The notes under the pieces are model-generated. The model was not told where the DNA came from and made no database searches. It saw only the letters and a list, made by a program, of their open reading frames with translations. Made by a program: the position numbers and the translations under genes. Shown here in pieces: positions 32,555-43,218 of a DNA stretch of 46,990 bases (its first letter is position 1; every line of letters begins with the position of its first letter). This DNA comes from an uncultured Candidatus Rokubacteria bacterium (lineage in GTDB: Bacteria; Methylomirabilota; Methylomirabilia; Rokubacteriales; DASRDR01), in NCBI GenBank assembly GCA_963708025.1, contig CAVPSB010000004.1, positions 1 through 46,990 on the forward strand. Direction: 5' to 3'.

Positions 32555-33635
32555 CTAGCCGAAGGCGTCGGCGCCACCGTCCGAGTCCCCGGCATCGTCC
32601 GAGAACGAACCCTCGTCGTACGTGACCGCGCCGTTCGTCCCGCTTCCGCTACTCCCGCCGTTCTCGTCGTCGTGGTCGGGAGCGCCGTTGATGGCGCGGA
32701 AGAGCCGCTTGAGGATCTGCTCGGGCCGGATCGCGGCCAGCTCCAGGACGAAGCCCGACAGCCAGGCGGCTTCCGCCGGCGTGATCCCGTCGCCGGGCGC
32801 GACCGATCCGGCTTCGCTCGGGAGGAGGAGCCCCCGGAAGGGGCCGGCGTGCCGGGGCCGGAGCCCGACGTCGGTCACGTGGCCCAGGTGCTGGAACCAC
32901 TCCCCGGGCTGTGCGAGCCGATGGGCCAGCCGGCAGCCCGGGGCCGTCGCGTCGTGCAGCGCGAAGACCTGGAGGCGCGGGTTCTTCCGCAGCATGGCGC
33001 GGACGGTCTCGAACGGGCCCGGCGGGTAGCCGCCGAGGGCGAGGACCGCGCAGTTGTTCTCGAAGTGGAAGTTGTTGGCGATGCAGGAGGTCGGCGGTCC
33101 GGGCCCGATCGCAGATGACGGCGCGGTCGAACGAGTAGTCGGCGAGGTCGGGCTCGGCCGCCCGCGCCGCCGGCGCTGGGGTCTTTCGCACGATGACCCC
33201 CTTGGGGGAGCGGTGAACCGCCTGCCAGCGGGTCCACATCGCGTCGAACGTCGCCCGGGGGACCTGCACGGTCGTGGCAATCCGCCGGCGCATCAGCCAG
33301 GTGAAGAGCCCCGTCGCCACCGCGGCGACGACCACCGCGACGAACCCCGAGCCGGACTGGACCCCGAGGAAGAACGCCACGACCATCACGACGATCACGC
33401 CGACCACCGGGACTCGGCGGCGTCGGCGCCGGCGGCAGACCTCGTAGTAGAGGTGCTCCACCCCCCAGCGCACGCGGCCCCGGGCCGAGACCGCGTCGAT
33501 GGCCGACTGGAAGGCGGCGTCGGTGAACAGGTCGCCCTTCCGGGGCTCGAAGGCGAACTCGTTGTGACATTGCGGACAATGCCGATCGGCCCGGTCCTTG
33601 TACTTGCTGTCGTGGTCGCAGCGGATGCACTTCAT
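32555..33635 (-). CDS. Hypothetical protein: Zn ribbon, 2 TM, TopoVI-A/Spo11-like Toprim domain, acidic tail; one frameshift
   Basis: CIRC..CPQC; two hydrophobic helices; RAVICD..NNCAVLALGGYP..VFALHDAT..DVGLRP..ELAAI; tail DEGSFSDDAGDSDGGADAFG*. Confidence 0.75.
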
Positions 33636-35384
33636 CCGAGGCCGCCATCCGGGCGCCGGCCGCGGCCGTCGACGAAGACCCGGAGCCACGCCTCCAGCAT
33701 CGCCAGCGCCCACAGCCGCTCCCCGATGCGGCGGCGCCGCGTCTCGTCCGGGTCGTTCCGCCCGCGCCGGAGCCGCTCCACGTACTCCGGCCGGAAGAAG
33801 CCCCGGCGCGCGAGCGACGCCGGCCCCAGCAGCTCCTCGATCACCGGCCGGAGCGGCCCCAGCACCCAGTCGGTGACGGGCACGCTCATCCCGAACTTCC
33901 GCCGCCAGACGACCTCGCGCGGGAGGTGCTTCTGCATGATGAGCTTCAGGACGTACTTCTCGCAGGCCCCGTGGAGCTTCATCTGGGGTGGGAGCCGGAA
34001 GGAGGCCTCGGCCAGGGCCCGGTCGAAGAGGGGGACCCGGGCGTCGAGCGCCCAGGCGTTCGACATCCGCTCGGCGCGCGGCAGGATGTTCTGCGAGCCC
34101 TTCAGCGCGATGTCGGCCAGGCGGATCCGGTTCAGGAACGTCCCGGCCGCCTCGCTGTGAACGTAGGGGGCGAGGTGGGCCCGCCGCTGCCCGGGACCAC
34201 CGACCCGGGCCCGGAACCCGGGCGTGTAGAGCCGGTCCTCCCGCCCGTAGAACCGGTGGTAGGAGCGGAGGTACCGCTCCTCCCGGCTGTCGTCCTCGTA
34301 CAGCCCGGCGTAGAGCTCGGCCGCGATCATCGGCTTCGAGGTCCAGCCGCCGAAGAACTGGTCGCCGCCCTCGCCGTTGAACACGGCGGAGAGCCCCGCC
34401 TCCCGGGCGGCGCGCCCGAGGAGGTACTGCGGCCCAGTCACCGCGTCGCCGAACGGCAGGTCGAGCTTCCACACCAGGTCGAGCAGCACGGGACCCACGT
34501 CCTCCCCGCCGGCCTTGACGAAGGTCAGCGGGAGCCCCAGGTGCTCGGCGACGATCCGGGCCTGCGGCTTCTCGACGCTCCTCGCCCCGAAGTCGAGGCT
34601 GAAGGCACGGACGCCCACCCCGGCCTTGTGGAGCCAGACGGCGACGCCGGAGGAGTCGATCCCGCCGGAGAGATAGAGCCCGACCTCGGCCTCGCCGTTG
34701 AGCCGCCGCGCCACCGCCTGCCGCCACGCGCGGCGGATCGCGCGGACCGCGGCCCCGCGGTCGGCCAGCTCGGGATCGATCGCCTCGCGCAGCGTGAAGT
34801 ACGGGGTGATCGCCAGTCGCTGGCCGTCCCACTCGGCGACCCGGCCCGGGAGCAGCCGCCGCACGCCCTGGATCGGCACGTCCTCGCCGGGGACGAACGA
34901 GAAGGTCAGGTACTTGTGGAGAGCCACCGGGTCGGGCTCGACGGGCAGGTCCGGGATCGGCCAGGAGCTGCTTCAGCTCGCTGGCGAAGTAGAAGACGCC
35001 GCGGTGCTCGACGTGGTAGAGCGAGCGGACCCCGAAGGGATCGCGGACCAGGGTGAGGCGGCGCCGCCCGCCGTCCCACCAGGCGCCGGCGAAGGCGCCG
35101 TCCAGCGCGTCGAGACCGTCGGGGCCGGGACGGAGGCGCTCGGCGAGGGCGGCGGCGGGCGATTCGACGGGCGGGGCGAAGGTGCCGGCGCAGGCCACCA
35201 GGTGGGCGCCGTCGCGGTGGATCCCGGGTGACTTGCCGGGCCGCCCGCCCCACCAGCGGTAGCCGAGGGCCACCCCGGGCGCGGTGGCGACGTCGGTCCG
35301 GTCGCCCCGGTAGTCGATGGCGGCGAGCATCGCGTCGACGAGCGCCGGATCGGCCGCGCCGACGAACCCGCAGATGCCGCTCAT
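33632..35384 (-). CDS. Asparagine synthetase B-like ATP-dependent ligase #2 (MSGICG start); frameshifted
   Basis: LVRDPFGVRSLY, FASELKQLL, YLSGGIDSS, FNGEGGDQFFGG, RVPLFD, EKYVLK, RRKFGM. Confidence 0.9.
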
Positions 35385-35444
35385 GGGACTACCCGCCGGT
35401 CGGACACGACCGCCGCTTCCGGCGGGCGCGCCGTGCAGGTCTGG

Positions 35445-35922
35445 TCACACGTGCCGGGCGATCTCGGCGAGCTGCGCGGCGTGCTCCTCCCCGTGCTCCG
35501 CCACCCGGCGGGCCAGCCCCTCGATCGACATCGGACCCAGCTCGGGATGCCGGCCCTGTCGCGCCCAGCGCGCGGCGGGCAGGGTGCCGCAGGAGACGGG
35601 CGACCTGCTGGTGCTCGGCGACGATCGTGTCCACCAGATCCGGCACCGCCTCGCCCTGCTCGAGGCTGGCCTGGCGGTGAGCCGCCTCGTCGTAGTCGGC
35701 GAAGATCGGGTCCGTCTCGTAGAACAGCCGGCGGATCCGGAGGCCGTGGACCATCACCACGGTGTTGCGGAGATGGATCAGCGTCTCCAGCGCCGACCAC
35801 TCGCCCTCGCGCGGCGGCGCCGCGTGCCGAGCGGGCGGGACGCGGGCGACGGCCTGGCGCACCGCGTCGGCGGAGGTCCGGATGCGGTCGATGAGCTGCT
35901 GCTGCTCGGTGCTGAGTGTCAT
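35445..35922 (-). CDS. DinB-family protein; one frameshift
   Basis: EGEWSALETLIHL, GRHPELGPMSI, AEHGEEHAAQL His triad; AGGAG RBS. Confidence 0.85.
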
Positions 35923-35939
35923 GATGGATCTCCTGGGGA

Positions 35940-36851
35940 CTACGCCATGCCCCGCATCCGCGGGTCGAGCGCGTCGCGGAGCCCGTCCCCGAGGAGGTTG
36001 AAGCCCAGCACCGCCAGGAGAATGGCCAGCCCCGGGTAGGTCGTGAGCGCGGGCGCCCGGAAGATGTACTGCCGGCCCTCGCCCAGCATGGTGCCCCACT
36101 CGGGCGTCGGCGGCTGAACTCCGAGCCCCAGGAAGCCGAGCCCGGCGGCGACCACGATCGCGAAGCCGAGGCTCAGCGTGGCCTGGACGATGACCGGGGC
36201 CATGGCGTTGGGGAGCACGTGCCGGAAGATGATCGCCCGGCGGCGCTGGCCGATCGCCTCCGCCGCCTCCACGTAGGCCTGCTCGCGGATCGCCAGCACC
36301 GAGCCGCGGACCAGCCGGATGAACGAGGGGACGGCGCTGATGCCGACCGAGAGGATGACGTTCTGGAGGCCCACCCCCAGGATGGCCACCAGCGACAGCG
36401 CGAGGAGGAACCCCGGGAACGACAGGAGGATGTCGGCGAGCCGCTGGATGGCCAGGTCCACCCGGCCCCCGTAGAAGCCGGAGACGGCGCCGAGGGGGAC
36501 GCCGACGAGGAGGCCGACGCCGACGGCGAGGAAGCCGATCAGGAGCGACAGGCGGCCGCCGTAGAGCAGGCGGGCCAGCATGTCGCGGCCCAGGTGGTCG
36601 GTGCCGAGGGGGTGGGCGAGCGAGGCCGGCTTGAGGGCCTGGGAGAGCTGCTGGCGCTTCGGGTCGCTGGCCGTGAGCAGCGGGGCGGCCAGCGCGAGGA
36701 CGAGCAGGACGACGAGGAGCGCCAGCCCCGCCATCGCCGCCCGGTGGCGGCGGAAGCGCTGCCAGCCCTCCTGGAACTGGCGCCGCCGCGGCGACTCCAC
36801 CGCGACCGCCGGTCGGTCAGCCGTAGTGGATGCGAGGGTCGATGACCGCAT
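35940..36851 (-). CDS. Peptide/nickel ABC permease (DppC-like); start uncertain
   Basis: HPLGTDHLGRD, YVEAAEAIG, RHVLPN, PPTPEWG, NLLGDGLRDALDPR. Confidence 0.93.
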   Translation of the reverse strand: MRSSTLASTTADRPAVAVESPRRRQFQEGWQRFRRHRAAMAGLALLVVLLVLALAAPLLTASDPKRQQLSQALKPASLAHPLGTDHLGRDMLARLLYGGRLSLLIGFLAVGVGLLVGVPLGAVSGFYGGRVDLAIQRLADILLSFPGFLLALSLVAILGVGLQNVILSVGISAVPSFIRLVRGSVLAIREQAYVEAAEAIGQRRRAIIFRHVLPNAMAPVIVQATLSLGFAIVVAAGLGFLGLGVQPPTPEWGTMLGEGRQYIFRAPALTTYPGLAILLAVLGFNLLGDGLRDALDPRMRGMA

Positions 36852-37746
36852 AGCAGAGGTCCACCAGCAGGTTGACGAGGATGAACAGGGACGAGAAGAC
36901 GAGCACGATCCCCTGCACCATCGCGTAGTCGCGCGAGAAGATCGACTCGATCAGCAGCAGCCCCATCCCCGGCCAGCCGAAGACCGACTCGGTCAGCACC
37001 GCCCCGCCGAGGAGGGCGCCGAACTGGAGCCCGACCACGGTGATGATGGGGATGAAGGCGTTCTTGAGCGCGTGCCGGGCGACCACCAGCCGCTCGCCCA
37101 GGCCCTTGGCCCGGGCGGTGCGCACGAAGTCCTGGCGGAGCACCTCGAGCATGCTCGAGCGCGTCATGCGGGCGATGAGCGCGACCGAGAACGCGGCCAG
37201 CGTGAGGGCGGGCATGACGATGCTGGCCAGGCCCTCGGAGCCGGCGGCCGGGAGCCAGTTGAGGTGGACCGCGAAGACGATGATGAGCATCAGCCCGAGC
37301 CAGTAGACCGGCATCGAGACGCCGAGGAGGGTGGTGAGCGAGAGCACGTAGTCGAACGTCGAGTAGGGGCGGGTCGCGGCCAGGGTCCCGGCCAGGATCC
37401 CGAGCGCGGCGGCGAGGGCGGCGCTGGTGAGCGCCAGGCGAAGGGTGGCGGCCAGGCGCGGCCGGAGCTCCTCGATGACGGGCGCGGAGGTGCGGGCCGA
37501 GACGCCCAGGTTCCCCCGGGCCAGCCGCGCGAGGAAGATCCCGTACTGCGCGTGGAGCGGCCGGTCGAGGCCCAGGTCGGTCCGGATGCGCGCGACGTCC
37601 TCCTCGGTCGCCAGGAGCCCGGCGATGACGCGAGCCGGGTCCCCGGGCAGGAGCCGCACCATCAGGAAGACGATGAGCGAGACGCCGACGAGCGTGACGA
37701 CCGAGGCCACGAACCGCTGGGCGAGGTACCCGTGGAAGCGGTTCAT
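36817..37746 (-). CDS. Peptide/nickel ABC permease (DppB-like)
   Basis: LLPGDPA, RSSMLEVL, ARAKGL, TESVFGWPGMG, IDPRI. Confidence 0.95.
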   Translation of the reverse strand: MNRFHGYLAQRFVASVVTLVGVSLIVFLMVRLLPGDPARVIAGLLATEEDVARIRTDLGLDRPLHAQYGIFLARLARGNLGVSARTSAPVIEELRPRLAATLRLALTSAALAAALGILAGTLAATRPYSTFDYVLSLTTLLGVSMPVYWLGLMLIIVFAVHLNWLPAAGSEGLASIVMPALTLAAFSVALIARMTRSSMLEVLRQDFVRTARAKGLGERLVVARHALKNAFIPIITVVGLQFGALLGGAVLTESVFGWPGMGLLLIESIFSRDYAMVQGIVLVFSSLFILVNLLVDLCYAVIDPRIHYG

Positions 37747-37776
37747 GGCCCCGGTCGCCGGTCGCCGGCCGCCCGG

Positions 37777-39336
37777 CTACTGGGCGGGACGGGCGTAGAT
37801 GGCGTAGAACTTTTCGTTCGGGATCGAGCCGATGTCGGTCACCTTCGACGAGTAGACGATCGGGAAGCGCTGGACGTAGAGGAAGAGCCAGGGCGCGTCG
37901 GCCCAGACCTTCTTCGACAGGTCACAGTACATCGTCTTCCGCTTCTCGGGATTCGACTCCCGGTCGGCGGCCACCACCCACTCGTCCACCCGGGCGTCCT
38001 TGTAGAAGCTGGTGGCCAGCCCGGCCGGCGGGTGGTAGCCGGACCAGAACTGAAGCGACTGCATCGACGCGTCCAGGAAGTTCGGCGCCCAGCCGAGGTA
38101 GGCCAGGTGATGGGTCGTCTTCTCGGCCGGGCCCGTGTTCACGATGCTGACGTAGGACGGCCAGTCCATGGTCGCCAGCTCGGGCTCGATCCCCACCTCC
38201 CGCAGGTAGCCGGCGACGGCCTGGCTGGCTTCCTTGTCCTGGACGTAGCGCCCGGTCGGGTGGATGAACGGGATCTTCGTTCCCGGCTTGACCCCCGCCT
38301 CGGCCAGGAGCTGCTTGGCCCGGGTCGGGTTGTACTCGTAGGCGCCCACCTTGCAGTAGCCGAAGAGGCTCGGCGCCATCGGGCCGTCCATCGGGTCGGC
38401 GGCGCCGAACAGCACGTTCTGGATGATCGCCTGCTTGTCGACCGCGTAGTTGAGCGCCTGGCGCACCCGGACGTCGCCGAGCGGCGGCTTGGTCGTGTTG
38501 AGCGAGATGAAGATCGTCCGGTTGCTCGGCGCCAGCAGGACCTTGACCGCCGGGTTCCGCGACAGGGCCGGGAGGTCCGCGATGGGCGGCAGGACCATGA
38601 GGTCGACCTGGCCGGCCAGGATCAGGCTCTCGCGCGTCGCCGCCTCGGGGACGCTCCGGAACACCACGGTGTCGTAGGTGGGCTTCTTGCCCCAGTACTT
38701 GTCGTAGAGCGTGACGGTGACGCTCTCCCCCTTCTTCCGCTCCTTGAAGACGTACGGCCCGGTGCCGATCGGGTGCTGCATGTTCTTGTACTCGTTGCCG
38801 TGCTGGTCGGCGGCCGCCGGCGAGACGATGCCGGCGGTCGTCGACGAGAGGGCCATGACGAACGGGGCCGAGGGCCGCAGGAGCGTGATCTTCACCGTGG
38901 CGGGGTCGACGACCTCGATGTCCTTCAGCGGGAAGGGGGCGCGGACGGGCACCCGCACGTTCGGGTCCTTCAGCCGGTCGAGGTTCCACTTCACGGCCTT
39001 GGCGTCGAACGGGCTGCCGTCGTGGAAGGTCACGCCCTTGCGGAGCTTGAGCGTGTACTGGGTGCCGTCGGGGGAGACCGTCCAGCTCTCGGCCAGCAGC
39101 GGGCGCACCTCGCCCTTCGGGTCGAGGAAGGTGAGCGTCTCGACCATGTAGTCGAGGACGTTCGCGACCGTGGTGGTCGTGGTCTGGACGGGATCCAGCG
39201 TGTCCGGATCGATCCCGACGGCGACCCGGAAGGTGGCGGCCGGGGCGGCGCCGGCGAGCGCCACGACGACGAGGACGGCCAGCGCCGCCAGCGGGAGGCG
39301 CCAGGCACGCGCGCGGGAGCTTCGCGAATCGACCAT
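37777..39336 (-). CDS. Family-5 ABC substrate-binding protein (DppA/GsiB-like)
   Basis: AAGGAGG RBS, signal peptide, PLLAESW, LRKGVTFHDGSPF, GTGPY, VRQALNYAVD. Confidence 0.95.
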   Translation of the reverse strand: MVDSRSSRARAWRLPLAALAVLVVVALAGAAPAATFRVAVGIDPDTLDPVQTTTTTVANVLDYMVETLTFLDPKGEVRPLLAESWTVSPDGTQYTLKLRKGVTFHDGSPFDAKAVKWNLDRLKDPNVRVPVRAPFPLKDIEVVDPATVKITLLRPSAPFVMALSSTTAGIVSPAAADQHGNEYKNMQHPIGTGPYVFKERKKGESVTVTLYDKYWGKKPTYDTVVFRSVPEAATRESLILAGQVDLMVLPPIADLPALSRNPAVKVLLAPSNRTIFISLNTTKPPLGDVRVRQALNYAVDKQAIIQNVLFGAADPMDGPMAPSLFGYCKVGAYEYNPTRAKQLLAEAGVKPGTKIPFIHPTGRYVQDKEASQAVAGYLREVGIEPELATMDWPSYVSIVNTGPAEKTTHHLAYLGWAPNFLDASMQSLQFWSGYHPPAGLATSFYKDARVDEWVVAADRESNPEKRKTMYCDLSKKVWADAPWLFLYVQRFPIVYSSKVTDIGSIPNEKFYAIYARPAQ

Positions 39337-39580
39337 GCTCTCCTCCTTGGACTGCGGGTTCGGACCAGGAGCCCGGCCGGTGGGCCCGCCGGCGGCCGAC
39401 GCCGCGGCGGCCCACCCCGTGCGGGAATGTGCCGAGATCATACCCCGGGCGGGTCGGGGCGCGCGACCCCTCCTGGCGGGCGCCGGGAGGGCGCCGGCGT
39501 GATCCCGGAGAAGGCCGCCTCACGCAGCCCGTGTCGAGCGGCGCTCCGAGCGCCGGCCTCGCCGGCGCGACGGCGGGGGG

Positions 39581-39612
39581 CTTCGGGGGGGTGTTCCGAC
39601 ACCCCCCCGAAG
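39581..39612. repeat. REP-like hairpin, copy 2
   Basis: CTTCGGGGGGGTG-TTCCGA-CACCCCCCCGAAG perfect stem. Confidence 0.6.
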
Positions 39613-39615
39613 TAT

Positions 39616-39984
39616 CTACCGCTTGAAGCGCACCACGTCCGCGTTCAGCTTGAGCGGCCCCTCGGGGTCCCTCGGCTCCTCGAGCTTCCGGACCACCACC
39701 GCGTCGCCGCCCACCTCGTAGGCCTTCTGGCGGAGCTCCCCCTCGATCTCCTGGAGCTTCGGCGGCGTGAACTTCGACCGCCGGTAGTCCCACGTGATCT
39801 GGCCGATCTTGTCGTAGGGCTCGGGCGGCTCGCCCTTCTCGATGATCTTGACGTCGGCGGCCGTGCCCCGCGGGGCGAACGTCGGCCCGACCTGCTGGTA
39901 CTGCATTCCCGCGGCGCACCCGCCGAGCAGGGGGAGGCCGAGAAGCAGAAGAACGAGGACAGTTCGCCGGGATCGGAATTCCAT
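39616..39984 (-). CDS. Putative lipoprotein (YbjQ/DUF4156-like fold)
   Basis: Lipobox LGGC; ELRQKAYEVGGDAVV; GGAGG RBS. Confidence 0.75.
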   Translation of the reverse strand: MEFRSRRTVLVLLLLGLPLLGGCAAGMQYQQVGPTFAPRGTAADVKIIEKGEPPEPYDKIGQITWDYRRSKFTPPKLQEIEGELRQKAYEVGGDAVVVRKLEEPRDPEGPLKLNADVVRFKR

Positions 39985-40118
39985 GCCGTCACCTCCGTGA
40001 AAGGGTAAGGGTCGATCGGAGAGACCCCGCCGGCCATCGGGGGATCCTCACCGCGAGGGTAGCAGGAACGGACCGCCGCTGGAAGACGCCCGGGACAGGG
40101 CGCCCGGGCGGGGCCTCG

Positions 40119-41164
40119 CTACGCAAGGAGCGGGCCTGACGCCGCGTGGATCCGACCCGTGGCGCGCAGCAGGGTCTCCTGCACCAGGAGCTCGTGGTCC
40201 AGGGAGCGATCCGGGGGGCTCCCGTCCCGGAGCCCGGCGACGAACGCCGCCAGCTCGAGCTCGTACAGCTCCTGGCGGGACTGGGGCCGCACGGCGAGCC
40301 GCTGCTCGCCGGCCCGATGCTCGCCGTGGGCCTCGGCCAGGCAGAGCCGGATCGGGCCGGCCGGCTCGAACGGCTCCATGATGGCGCTGCCCCGCGTCCC
40401 GTACACCTCGAACCGGCGCGCCATGGGCGGCGGCTCCATCGCGGCGATGTCGACGAGGGCCAGGGCCCGCGGGTAGCCGAGGACGCCGAGGGTGTTGTCG
40501 TGGAAGCCGGGCACCTCGCCGCTCGCGTCGTGGCGCAGGAAGGCGCGTGACCTCGGTGGGCCGGCCGAGCAGCCACAGGATCTGGTCCAGCATGTGGCCG
40601 GCCAGGTCGAAGAAGATGCCGCCGGGGTGGCGCGCGATCACCCGCCGGGCGGCCGGCGGGATGCAGGTGGACATGTGGGCGCGGATGGCGAAGACGTCGC
40701 CCAGCAGGCCCGCGCGGGCCCACTCGGCGATCTGCCGGAAGCCCTCGTGGTAGCGGAACATGTACCCCATCTGGATCCGGAGGCCCCGGGCCCGGGCCTC
40801 GGCCACGATCCGCTGCCATCCCGCCCAGTCGTCGCCGGCCGGCTTGTCGTACCAGACGTGCTTGCCCGCCCGGACGATCGCGGCCGTCTGCTCGAGGCTC
40901 TCGTCGTTCCGGCCTTCCGAGGCGACCGCGACGATCGTCGGGTCGTCGAGCAGCTCCGCCGCGCTGTCGAACCACCGCACCCCGTGGTAGGGGCGGCCGG
41001 GGCCGCTCAGCGCCGCCCGGCGGGCCGGGTCCGGCTCGAACACGCCGACCAGCTCGACGTCGGGGGACCCCGGAGCGCGGCCAGCTTCCCGTCGGCGTGG
41101 CCGTGCCCGGTGCCGTACTGGGCCATCCGGATCGGTGCCGCGGACCGGGCCCGCGCCGGCTCAC
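40119..41164 (-). CDS. Gfo/Idh/MocA oxidoreductase; frameshifted
   Basis: AQYGTGHGHA, GKHVWYDKP, GGIFFDLAGHMLD, EVYGTRGS. Confidence 0.88.
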
Positions 41165-42301
41165 GCGGACGGCCGCGCCGAGGCCGTCGTCGTCCCCCCA
41201 CAGGCGCTCGCCGCGCAGGAGGAACGCGCGGATGTCGTAGGGACCGGGACGCTGGGGCGCCAGGTGGCCCGACTCCACCATCAGGTCGAGGGGATTGACC
41301 CGGGTCTGGAGCGGCAGCACGACCCGCTCGTGACAGCGGGCCGACTCGTAGACGGCGTGGATCATCTCCAGCGCCTTGTAGGCGTTCTCGGCGCGGCCCC
41401 GGTGGGTGTCCCGGGTGCCCACGATCCAGTCGGCCAGCTCGTCGGCCTGCCCGGCCGCGCCCTCCCGCCACTCGAAGCGGTCGCCCTCGTCGGCGAGCTT
41501 GAAGAACCGGCCGTCCGGCCGGTGCGTCTGCCAGAGCCCGCCGGTCTCCGCGTTCAGGAGCTGGACCGCCTCCGTGGTGAGGTTGATCAGGCCGTCGGTG
41601 CCGTAGACGTGCGCGCCCTGGAAGAGGGTCGGCGTGACGTCGGCCAGGATCAGCGCCCGGGCCCCGCTCGCGAACTCGAACACCGCCACCGCGCCGTCCT
41701 CGATCCGGGTCGTCCGCTCGAACCGGTCGGTCTTCCGCTCGACGTTGCCCATGACCCACCGGCACTCCTCGTCCCCGAGCAGGTAGCGGAACATGTCCGC
41801 CTGGTGCGTCGAGTAGTTCGGCAGCCCCTGGCCGCCGAAGCTCACCAGCAGCGACACCCGGCCGATCGCACCCCGGGCGATGAGCTCGCGCGCCAGCGTG
41901 TACGCCGGCAGGAAGCGGCGCTGGTGGCCGATGACCAGCTTCACGGAGTTCCGGTGGCAGGCGACCAGCATCTCGTCGGCGCGACCGAGCGTCTCGGCCA
42001 TGGGCTTCTCGCACAGGATGGCCTTCGGGCGCCGGGCGGCGGCCGTCACCGTCCAGGGCGCGTGGCCGGTGTGCCACGTGCAGACGGACACGACGTCCAG
42101 GCGCTCGCCGTCCAGCATGGCCCGGGCGTCCCGGTAGTGCGTGGTCTGGAGCCCGAACTGCGCGTCGAACTCGCCCATCGCCGCCTCGTCGAGGTCGGCC
42201 AGCGCCGCGACGTCGTAGCGCCCGGTCGCGAGGTACCCGTCGACGTGGTGCCGGGCCATGTTCCCGCAGCCGATGACGCCGACCCGAAGCCTCCCGGTCA
42301 C
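41161..42301 (-). CDS. Gfo/Idh/MocA oxidoreductase
   Basis: VGVIGCGNMA, ILCEKPMA, GHQRRF; stop probably shifted by an indel. Confidence 0.9.
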
Positions 42302-42339
42302 TCCGGTGTCCTCCTTCCGCCCGTGGCCGCCCGCGGCCG

Positions 42340-43214
42340 TCACCCTTTGACCGCGCCCATCGTCAGGCCACCCGCCAGATAGCGCTGGACGATCAGCGAG
42401 AGTACCAGGATCGGGACCGTGATGATGGTGGCGGCCGCGGTGAGCCCGCCCCAGTTCACGTCCTCGAAGGAGACGAAGCTGTAGACCGCCATGGGGAGCG
42501 TGATCGTGTCCTTGCCGCCGAGGATCAGCACGAAGATGAAGTTGTTCCACGACGCGATGAAGCTGAGGATCGTCGCCGCCACGATCCCGGGCCGGCTGAG
42601 CGGCAGCACGATCCGCACGAAGGTGCCGACCCGCGAGCATCCGTCGATCAGGGCCGCCTCCTCGAGCTCGCGCGGGATGTCCTCGAAGAACCCGGCCATG
42701 ATCCAGATGACCAGCGGCAGGACGACGATGATGTGGGTGAGGACGATCCCGCTCAGCGTGTTGATCAGCCCGAGCCGGCGGTAGATCACGAACAGCGGCA
42801 CCAGGAACGCGATGCCGGGCAGGATCCGGACGGTGAGCACGATGAACCCCAGCGCCGCCTGGCGATGGCGGGCCATGCTGTACGCGGCCGGGAGGCCGCA
42901 GACCAGGCCGATGCCGACGGCCGCCACGGCGATGATCGTGCTGTTCAGCATGTACGAGAAGAACGGATTCTTCGTGAAGACGTCGACGTAGTTCTGGAGG
43001 GTCGGCCGGAAGACCCAGAGGGGCGGATAGGCCGTGGCCTGCACGTTGGTCTTGACCGACGACAGGACCATCCAGACCAGGGTGAAGAGGAAGAAGGCCA
43101 GGAGACCCGCGAGGGTCCCGTAGAAGAGCACGCCGCTCGGCGACCCGCGCGAGTCGCCGCCGCCGGCGCCCGCCCGCCGGACGTCGGGTCGCAGCGTCCG
43201 TCGGGGCGCGTCAT
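42340..43214 (-). CDS. Carbohydrate ABC permease (MalG-like)
   Basis: IPRELEEAALIDG, SWNNF, GLTMGAVKG; indel near the start. Confidence 0.93.
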
Positions 43215-43218
43215 GCCG

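Noticed and set aside
30817-35384. Lasso peptide cluster or housekeeping asnB
   Set aside because: No B1/B2 (PqqD/transglutaminase) gene or precursor seen; the catalytic Cys2 of glutamine-dependent AsnB is missing in both copies
36580-40008. Long antisense ORFs (1142 aa here; also 19064-20839, 25681-27276, 42733-44361)
   Set aside because: Shadow ORFs opposite well-supported genes in high-GC DNA, with no recognisable motifs
39989-42640. 883-aa fused Gfo/Idh/MocA protein
   Set aside because: Only 41161-42301 is a real domain in this frame; read-through is explained by an indel before a GTGA overlap
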